Assembly: GCA_003697085.1 (NCBI GenBank)
Contig: RFFU01000040.1
Span: 3,133-67,132 of the forward strand
From: Candidatus Hydrogenedentota bacterium
GTDB taxonomy: Bacteria > UBA8481 > J006
DNA: 64,000 nucleotides
Direction of reading: 5' to 3'
The position numbers were made by a program, and so were the translations under genes. A model generated the notes under the pieces. That model was not told the origin of the DNA. It made no database searches and saw only the letters and a program-made list of their open reading frames with translations. Shown piece after piece: positions 57,739-64,000 of the stretch. How positions within the stretch are numbered: position 1 is the stretch's first letter; every line of letters starts with the position of its first letter.

Positions 57739-58418
57739 CAGTGCAAGGCGATGACGCGCTTCCAGAGAAACGCGAGAAGAATTCCTGTCAGGACCATGGC
57801 GGTTGCGATGAAGAGGAGGGAGCGGTCGAGGATGCGCGATTGCCGTTGGATCGCCTTGTGGAGCAATTCGAGCCTGGAGCGACTTCCCGCCGCGGCGCTA
57901 CGCAACTCCTCCTGCGCCTCGACCAACACCCGCGTCTCCGTGACGGCCTTTAGGGGCCGCCGCGCCGCTGCGTCCTCCTTCATTCGCCGCCATAATTGAT
58001 CGCGGGCTCGGAGGTCCTCAAGCGCGGCCGTGAGCGTTTCGCGGGCACGCTCCCATTCCGGTGCGAGGGGTTCCTTGCGCGCCAGGATATCCGACGCCCG
58101 GCTCACCGCGATCGTGTATGTGGTCGTCGCTTCCTCGTTGCCGCGCATTCGTGAAGCCAACGCCCGCGAGCCGGCCTCGAGGTCCATCAAGGCCAGGGTC
58201 AAGTCGCGCAGAGTGGCTTCCTCGGTCAGACTCTTTCCCAAAAGGTCGGAGAGCGTGCCGGCGTTGTAGAGAGCCAAGGCTTGGCTGACGATCGTGAGGA
58301 AGAGAACGGAAAAGAAGGCGAAGAGAAGCGCCCGGCTGATGGGCTCCGGAGGCGCCCCCGCCTCTTCCTCGCTCTCGTTCCGAGTCTCCAGTGCCTTCTC
58401 GTCATCCCAATCGCTCAT
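57738..58418 (-). CDS. 2-TM protein with periplasmic helical (CHASE3/4HB-like) domain
   Basis: TM-helical-TM topology with no cytoplasmic output domain. Confidence 0.6.
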   Translation of the reverse strand: MSDWDDEKALETRNESEEEAGAPPEPISRALLFAFFSVLFLTIVSQALALYNAGTLSDLLGKSLTEEATLRDLTLALMDLEAGSRALASRMRGNEEATTTYTIAVSRASDILARKEPLAPEWERARETLTAALEDLRARDQLWRRMKEDAAARRPLKAVTETRVLVEAQEELRSAAAGSRSRLELLHKAIQRQSRILDRSLLFIATAMVLTGILLAFLWKRVIALH

Positions 58419-58450
58419 TTTCGAGGCCCCTTTCGTTCAACAGCGGTCCA

Positions 58451-59008
58451 TCAAATTTCGGAGGTTCTCCCGCCCGACAACATCTTCGAGTCCCGCTCTT
58501 CCTTCCTTGGAACGCGCCATTCCTTTCCGGAAAGGTAGCCGAGGATGACATCGGCGTCGAGTCGATCGTTGCGATCGAGCGAGCGGCGGATCGTCAACTC
58601 GCGCACGACGATTCCGGGACCGGACGTTTCCAGAGACGCCAGATATGTGAAGAGACGATCGGGTTCGAGGTCGCGGAGGGAAAGCGAAATCCGAGATTCC
58701 CCCTCCGTTTCCGGAAGGCTGCTGACGGATCGGATCGAGATGCCGCTTGCTGTTCCCTTATCCTGAACAAGTTTGACCGCGGCGGGCGTCTCCGCGATTC
58801 TCGCGTGGATCCGGTTCACTTCGGACCGGAGTCGAACATATTCCTTCGCGAAACGTTCGATCTTTTCCGCTTGCGCGCGCAACGCACGCACGCGAGCGGA
58901 ATTCGCCGCGAGGCGGTCCGAGCCGGCCAGAAAGGCAACGGCGAGGAGGACAAATCCCAGAATCCGAAGAACCGGAGAGGCGAGAAATTCGCGAAAAGAT
59001 TCGTTCAT
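58451..59008 (-). CDS. gspM: Type II secretion protein GspM-like
   Basis: N-terminal TM, coiled coil, ferredoxin-like C-terminus; ATGA overlap after gspL. Confidence 0.72.
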   Translation of the reverse strand: MNESFREFLASPVLRILGFVLLAVAFLAGSDRLAANSARVRALRAQAEKIERFAKEYVRLRSEVNRIHARIAETPAAVKLVQDKGTASGISIRSVSSLPETEGESRISLSLRDLEPDRLFTYLASLETSGPGIVVRELTIRRSLDRNDRLDADVILGYLSGKEWRVPRKEERDSKMLSGGRTSEI

Positions 59009-60306
59009 TTCCGCCGAGCCTCGATCGAGAAGTCGAAACGGTCTCCCGAACGTTGAACGTCCGGATCGGAAACGACGAGTTCTTCGCCGGGAAGGTATTT
59101 CCCGGCTCGTTCCCTGAGCCGCGTGGCGAACTGTTGCGCCTCCGCGATTCCCGCGCATCGGCCGGAGACCTTGATGGTGTGTTCTCCGATTCCGGCGTCA
59201 TCGAATGTCAGATCCAGTCCCTCGGCCGCGTCCGCCAAAAGGCTCCATGCGTTCAAGGCCGAACCCCGTTTCTCCAACCGAGTCAGAAGGGAATCCCGTT
59301 CGGAACGGATTCCCTTCAGCGCGCGACGCAATTGTTCCTCCGGCGCCACCATCCTCTTCGCCGGCAGCGCTCGATGAAAGGCCTTCTCCATTTCCGCGTG
59401 CAAAAGTTTCTCGTCGGCACGGATGGTTCGCAGACGCAGTCCTCCTCCCGCAAGTAAAAGAAGGATCGTAATCGCCGCCAGGAAAGAGGTGAAATGCCGA
59501 AAGAAAAAGGCTCTCCGGCGCGGTTTCGCCACCCAAGCCCCCCGTGGCGCGCTTCCGCCTGCGCGTGAAAACAACTCTATCGCCTCGTATTTCTTCCAGG
59601 CGAGAGGGGGAGATTTATCGAGCGCGGAAAGAAGAACTTCGTGGCGCATTTCCCTGTCGGGGCCGCACTGGCAGAGCCGCCAACGTCCGCCCGAAGCGAA
59701 TCCGCTCCAGGAATCATAGTCATAGCCGCCGTCGTCCGGTTTGGTCATGACGGCGGGCACCGGGCCGATCCACTCCGGCTTTGGAGGAGTGATCCCGTCC
59801 GGAACGCGGGCGTAATACCAGGCTTCGGCGGCCGTGAGAAATTTCCTTCCGGTTACCGCCGCTAAAACCTCACGGTTTCTCCTGGGTCTCTCAGAAGGAA
59901 AACAGATCGCGGTTTCTTCCACGTGGAAGGGTAATGTGGTCTCGAGTTCACTCAGGACTGTTGAGAGCAATTCCTCCGGTTCAACCGGAGGAATGAAGGT
60001 CTCCCGGTAGAAGGTCTTGCCCGTGAAAAGGATCCTGACGGCCGGAACGGGCGCGAACCAGTCGGCGGGAAACCGTTTCTCGGCGCTAAGACCACTTTCC
60101 CTCTTGGGCGCCTCCGACGCTTCCTCCAATGTGCCGGCCTTCTCCCCTTCCGGCTCCGTACTTCCGAATTCGCTTCTATTGGCCGCGGGTGGTTCCGGCG
60201 AATCCGTTTCGTCCTCGAAAGAGGAGATCAAGCGGGTTCCGGTAGCACGATGCTCGATCAACCCCGCCTTTCCTTCCGGCCATAGAATGACGATGATCCG
60301 TTTCAA
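59005..60306 (-). CDS. gspL: Type II secretion protein GspL/PilN-like
   Basis: ELETTLPF cytoplasmic domain, TM and periplasmic domain; AGGAG RBS before TTG. Confidence 0.75.
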   Translation of the reverse strand: MKRIIVILWPEGKAGLIEHRATGTRLISSFEDETDSPEPPAANRSEFGSTEPEGEKAGTLEEASEAPKRESGLSAEKRFPADWFAPVPAVRILFTGKTFYRETFIPPVEPEELLSTVLSELETTLPFHVEETAICFPSERPRRNREVLAAVTGRKFLTAAEAWYYARVPDGITPPKPEWIGPVPAVMTKPDDGGYDYDSWSGFASGGRWRLCQCGPDREMRHEVLLSALDKSPPLAWKKYEAIELFSRAGGSAPRGAWVAKPRRRAFFFRHFTSFLAAITILLLLAGGGLRLRTIRADEKLLHAEMEKAFHRALPAKRMVAPEEQLRRALKGIRSERDSLLTRLEKRGSALNAWSLLADAAEGLDLTFDDAGIGEHTIKVSGRCAGIAEAQQFATRLRERAGKYLPGEELVVSDPDVQRSGDRFDFSIEARRK

Positions 60307-60412
60307 TGCCGCTGCTCCTTGCTTCTCTTCGCCCGCATTTCCGTCCGCCGATCATCTCCGCCTTTCGGCCGACGCCGGTTAGTGTAGCGGAAAATGAGGT
60401 TGACGCATCCGG

Positions 60413-60475
60413 AAAAGGCAAAAGGAAGAAGGCAAAAGGAAGAAAGCAAAAGGCAAAAGGGAGAAGGGAAAGGAG
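60413..60475 (+). repeat. Heptamer array (AAAAGGC/AGAAGGC)n
   Basis: AAAAGGCAAAAGGAAGAAGGCAAAAGGAAGAAAGCAAAAGGCAAAAGG between gspK and gspL. Confidence 0.75.
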
Positions 60476-60508
60476 GCGTTCCGAGGTCAAGTTTTCCGCG
60501 GCGAGCGT

Positions 60509-61468
60509 TCAGCGAATCTCCTCCCTTTCGAGGAGCAAGTCGCCGTTCGGGGACCGTTTCAGAACCGCCGTCAAGGTTACCTTGGCCCGCCCTTTTTTCG
60601 CGGTTGCCGTAACGAGGTACGCATCGGAAGAGACCGAAAGATACGGCGCCAATTCCGCGAATTCCTCGTCCGTCAAATCCGTGTACGGCTTCACGTCCTC
60701 GACCGCGTTGAAGGGGTGAAGCCGGGCCTGCGAATGAATTCTTCCGGCGTCGGCAAGCGTAAGGGACGGCGCGAGCGCCGCCAGAACATCCGGCTTCGCC
60801 GTGTTGACATTGACCGAGCCGGAGCCGAAGAGCGTGAGGCGTGCGACCAGGTCGGAATCGATTTCGTCCGTCATTCCCAGGACCCGGCCCAGTTCCGAGA
60901 GATGGTAAAGCGGCCGGTTGTTGGGAAGCGTGGGAGGATCCTGGGCGAAATACCGATCACGTTCGGCTCCGTTCGCCAGCGGAGCGTCGTCGGGGTCGAT
61001 GAAATCCGCGATGCGATCCGCCAGATTGTGGGGACGAGCGAGGAGCGCGAAAAGCCGCTCCAGCTGATCCCGCCGTGCGATATCGAGTCGTCCGTCCGGT
61101 TTTACGAGCGTATGGATCGGGAAGAAGCGGTTGGTGTCGCGAATCCGCACTGCGACCTTTGCTCCGGGGCGGGAAAGGTTCAACGGCTGCGCCCACGGTT
61201 CCAAAAGATCGTCCCGGCCGTTCCGGTCGGCGGCAAGGAGGAGGCGGGCGGCGAGGAGGCCGTCGCGTGCATAGAGTTCCGCCTGCAATCGATCCCGCTC
61301 CGAGCGGATCCTTTCCCCATCAACACGGACCAGCGCGGCGATTTCGAGCGTGATGGCGGCGGCCAGTGCCGTTATCGCCAAAACCGCGATCAGGACGGCT
61401 CCGGCTCGGTCTTCTCCGGTGCTTTTCTTCCGGCGCGTTACTCGGTCCGCCGTCGCGTATCTTCTCAT
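60509..61468 (-). CDS. gspK: Type II secretion minor pseudopilin GspK
   Basis: GAVLIAVL, DDLLEPWA, IADFIDPD, VNVNTA. Confidence 0.9.
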   Translation of the reverse strand: MRRYATADRVTRRKKSTGEDRAGAVLIAVLAITALAAAITLEIAALVRVDGERIRSERDRLQAELYARDGLLAARLLLAADRNGRDDLLEPWAQPLNLSRPGAKVAVRIRDTNRFFPIHTLVKPDGRLDIARRDQLERLFALLARPHNLADRIADFIDPDDAPLANGAERDRYFAQDPPTLPNNRPLYHLSELGRVLGMTDEIDSDLVARLTLFGSGSVNVNTAKPDVLAALAPSLTLADAGRIHSQARLHPFNAVEDVKPYTDLTDEEFAELAPYLSVSSDAYLVTATAKKGRAKVTLTAVLKRSPNGDLLLEREEIR

Positions 61469-62004
61469 CGCGTCACGATCGTTCCGTAATGCTTCCGTCC
61501 GATCCGAAGTTCGATCGCCAAACCCCGGGGAGGCTGATCCTTCTTCCACTCCGCGCTCCACCCTTCCTTACCGTAGTAACGGAGTCCAAGTCCCGTCACG
61601 TCCGGAATTACATCCACCACGGGAGGCGAGAGTGACGGTGAGGTCCGGGAGATTCGAACGAGTCGGTCACCCTCCCAACGATAGGTGACGCGTTTCGGCG
61701 TCTCCTCCGCCGAGGTCCACCAGGTCACTTCATCCCGGTCACCGAAGTTTCGGGTAAGGAGGGGGATCGTATCGGAAGGATAGAGAAGCGAAATGAATTC
61801 ACGGGCGAGGGAATCGAGGAGGCGTCGCGCGATGCGGTCCTCTCGGGACATCCGCGAGACGGAATCCTCCAACCGCGTCACGGAAGCCATGATTTGTTGT
61901 AGGGAAGCCAAGACCAGCACACCGATCGTCAGGGCCAACAAAACCTCCAGCAGCGTCAGGCCGCGTGGGCGACAAAAACGCCGCGCGCTCCCCCGACGGT
62001 TCAT
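61465..62004 (-). CDS. gspJ: Type II secretion minor pseudopilin GspJ
   Basis: Prepilin motif RGLTLLEVLLAL; position in the cluster. Confidence 0.82.
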   Translation of the reverse strand: MNRRGSARRFCRPRGLTLLEVLLALTIGVLVLASLQQIMASVTRLEDSVSRMSREDRIARRLLDSLAREFISLLYPSDTIPLLTRNFGDRDEVTWWTSAEETPKRVTYRWEGDRLVRISRTSPSLSPPVVDVIPDVTGLGLRYYGKEGWSAEWKKDQPPRGLAIELRIGRKHYGTIVTR

Positions 62005-62519
62005 CGTGGATTCGTCGGAGCCCACATCCGCATTCGGATCATGATGTGATGGGGACTTTCGACGGTGAGGGTCAGGGAACGGATCGCGTCGGCTTCTTTT
62101 CCGAGCGGAAGGTTCGAAAGGTCGGGCTCGTCCATCTCGATCGTCCAATGATAATCGCGATGGGTATCGAAGGAGCCGGTTCGCTTCCGGGGAATCCCGC
62201 GAAGCGCGATATCGGAGGCAAGAGCGCGGGCGAGGTAGACGAGTTGAACGTCATCCGCGAACCGCTTCGTCTGTCCCGTCATTACGAGAAGCGACCCGAG
62301 AATGCCCACGGTAAGCACGGCGAGCACGGCTGTCGCGACGAGGACTTCCGCCAAGGTGAACCCCGACCACGCCGGAGAAAGGCGCCGTCCTTCGGCGCAT
62401 GTTGAGTCGGGTGGCCTGGGGGAGGAACGGCGAATTGCCCGCAGGATTGAATTCCGGTAAACAGGACTTCCTGGGAGCGCCGGCATCTTGTCTGCAAAAA
62501 CGGGTTTGTGGAGGATCAC
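62001..62519 (-). CDS. gspI: Type II secretion minor pseudopilin GspI (start uncertain)
   Basis: SGFTLAEVLVA prepilin motif; YHWTIE. Confidence 0.78.
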   Translation of the reverse strand: MILHKPVFADKMPALPGSPVYRNSILRAIRRSSPRPPDSTCAEGRRLSPAWSGFTLAEVLVATAVLAVLTVGILGSLLVMTGQTKRFADDVQLVYLARALASDIALRGIPRKRTGSFDTHRDYHWTIEMDEPDLSNLPLGKEADAIRSLTLTVESPHHIMIRMRMWAPTNPR

Positions 62520-62631
62520 CCTTCAGCTCCCCCGACCAGGTGTGGGTTTCCGCTCGGGGAAGGCTTGGCACGATCCGGCAAAAAGCGCGCGTTTTTCGCC
62601 ATGCACCGGAGAAGGGGAAGCGTCGGGAACA

Positions 62632-63132
62632 TCACGTCCGTTCCTCGAGCAATCCCGTGAACGGATTGAGCGATTTGATTTTGTGCTCGATCCGGACTGA
62701 GAAACGAGGCGTTCGTCCGCGGGCGTCCACGGGAACCTCGAACCGCCCCCGCGAGCGGAAGGAAACGTCCTTTTCCCCCCGAACCGCGATCGATAGTTCT
62801 TCGTTCCACGTGAAAGCAATGTGCGTTTCCGGTACGAAGACGCGATGTTGCGAGAAATCGAAGACGATCCGAACCGGGCGTCCGAGGAGTACCGCGTAAT
62901 CCTGCGCCTCCGTGATGGTCGCGGCCAAAATTCTCCAAGCGCGGTTCTCCGTTCCCGCGCTCGTGATCGCCTCGTATCGGGGGATCATGAAGAGCGTGAG
63001 GATTCCGATTATGACAAGAACGACGAGAATCTCGGCGAGGGTAAAACCGGAAGGGGTGTCGCGGAACAGGGGGCGGCTGCGGAAAAGCGAACCGCGACGA
63101 TTGCCCGAAACGGAAAGGAACGTTATTGCCAG
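62632..63132 (-). CDS. gspH: Type II secretion minor pseudopilin GspH (probable CTG start)
   Basis: SGFTLAEILVVLVIIG; follows gspG. Confidence 0.75.
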   Translation of the reverse strand: MAITFLSVSGNRRGSLFRSRPLFRDTPSGFTLAEILVVLVIIGILTLFMIPRYEAITSAGTENRAWRILAATITEAQDYAVLLGRPVRIVFDFSQHRVFVPETHIAFTWNEELSIAVRGEKDVSFRSRGRFEVPVDARGRTPRFSVRIEHKIKSLNPFTGLLEERT

Positions 63133-63560
63133 TTTCCGATGTCGTCGTCCGTGCCCGAAAGACCATCGGGCCCGGAAGACCAGAGATCGTAGTCGTAATT
63201 GTGTTCCCCTGGTTGGAGATAATGGTAGGGGTTCCCCCACGGATCGGTGGGGACCGCAGTGGTTTTCTCGAGATACGGCCCATGGCCGTCCTTGTCTTTT
63301 TTTAACAGGGCCTCGAGTCCCTCGTCGGTCGTGGGAAAGCGGTCGTGATCTATGTTGTAGTTCCGCAGGGCCGTCGCCAGGGCGGCGATCTCGCCGCGGG
63401 CCGCCGTCAGTCGGGCCTCCTCGGTCTTCCCGACAAAACGCGGAAGTACGAAGGCGGCCAGGATTCCGATGATGACGACGACCACAAGGATTTCGGCCAA
63501 AGTGAAGCCGGAATCGGGTTCCGACGCTGGAAGTCGTCTCTCTCGGGGCTTCGGTATCAT
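63123..63560 (-). CDS. gspG: Type II secretion major pseudopilin GspG
   Basis: GFTLAEILVVVVIIG, FPTTDEGLEAL, DPWGNPYHY, SSGPDG...DDIGNW. Confidence 0.95.
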   Translation of the reverse strand: MIPKPRERRLPASEPDSGFTLAEILVVVVIIGILAAFVLPRFVGKTEEARLTAARGEIAALATALRNYNIDHDRFPTTDEGLEALLKKDKDGHGPYLEKTTAVPTDPWGNPYHYLQPGEHNYDYDLWSSGPDGLSGTDDDIGNWQ

Positions 63561-63811
63561 GGAAGAAATTATAAAGGTGATCGGGTTTTGCGAAAGAGAA
63601 AACTGCGGCACGAAGGATAGGGCACGGATCGGCGGTGAGCCGTTGCCAGGACGGGAGATAAGAAGCCGGTGTCGAAGCGCGATCCCCGGAATCGCCGGCA
63701 TCTTGCCTGCGGGAACCGGTTTAGGAAGGCCTTCCACGAACGTCCGCTCCGTACCTAGGCCGAATACGAAGCGGAACTTCAACAGCGGAGATGCATTCTA
63801 TGCGCCGCCGA

Positions 63812-63840
63812 TTGACATTTGAACGCACGCTACGTATATT
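63812..63840 (+). promoter_or_regulatory. Sigma70-like promoter
   Basis: TTGACA-17-TATATT immediately upstream of the small ORF at 63854. Confidence 0.6.
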
Positions 63841-63853
63841 CCTCTCTAAGAAA

Positions 63854-63967
63854 ATGAATATCGCATTGACGGACGATCTTGCTTCAGAAGCGGTGAAGTA
63901 CGGTTCCAGCAAGACGAAGAAGGGACTGAACGAGGAAGCGCTTCGGACCTTGAAGAGAGGTACGTGA
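63854..63967 (+). CDS. VapB-like antitoxin fragment (37 aa)
   Basis: MNIALTDDLASEAVKYGSSKTKKGLNEEALRTLKRGT resembles the NI.LDD.L..EA.....KTKK....EAL pattern of RHH VapB antitoxins; below the ORF-track length cutoff. Confidence 0.5.
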   Translation: MNIALTDDLASEAVKYGSSKTKKGLNEEALRTLKRGT

Positions 63968-64000
63968 CACGAAACCGATAATTTCAACCCAGCGCCCTTA

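Noticed and set aside
62305..62335. CCACGGTAAGCACGGCGAGCACGG resembling the intergenic CCACGG repeat
   Set aside because: It is the antisense of the gspI hydrophobic helix (AVLAVLTV); coincidental

Overview
GC-rich window from a diderm (outer-membrane) bacterium whose lineage I cannot fix from sequence alone. From left to right: (1) a hydantoinase/oxoprolinase A-B pair on the minus strand, running off the left edge; (2) a ~19 kb Spirochaete/Firmicute-style flagellar motor/export operon (flbD-motA-motB-fliL-fliM-fliY-fliO-fliP-fliQ-fliR-flhB-flhA-flhF-flhG-3 hypotheticals-fliA-fapA-2 hypotheticals); (3) an AT-richer DUF4915-like gene and a frameshifted IS1634-family element with TIRs, a near-perfect target duplication and a divergent DUF6788 gene; (4) fumC and a surface protein with a CFI-box-CTERM-like tail; (5) a ~23.5 kb co-oriented alpha-glucan (starch/glycogen) locus containing sugar ABC permeases and binding lipoprotein, two related outer-membrane beta-barrel candidates (one fused to CBM48), a CBM48 lipoprotein, an S8 protease, a cytoplasmic GH13, a ~3400-aa multimodular secreted GH13 and a small partner; (6) tRNA-Glu, tRNA-Pro and an ATP-cone/nucleoside kinase; (7) a partial type II secretion cluster gspG-M and a tiny VapB-like ORF. 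Best novelty candidates: the SusC/SusD-free starch-capture system; a C-terminal motif shared by the giant amylase and its partner; strong Asp-Thr dipeptide enrichment in surface proteins (possible glycosylation sequon); and mosaic intergenic repeat arrays. All product calls come from manual motif recognition, not database searches.
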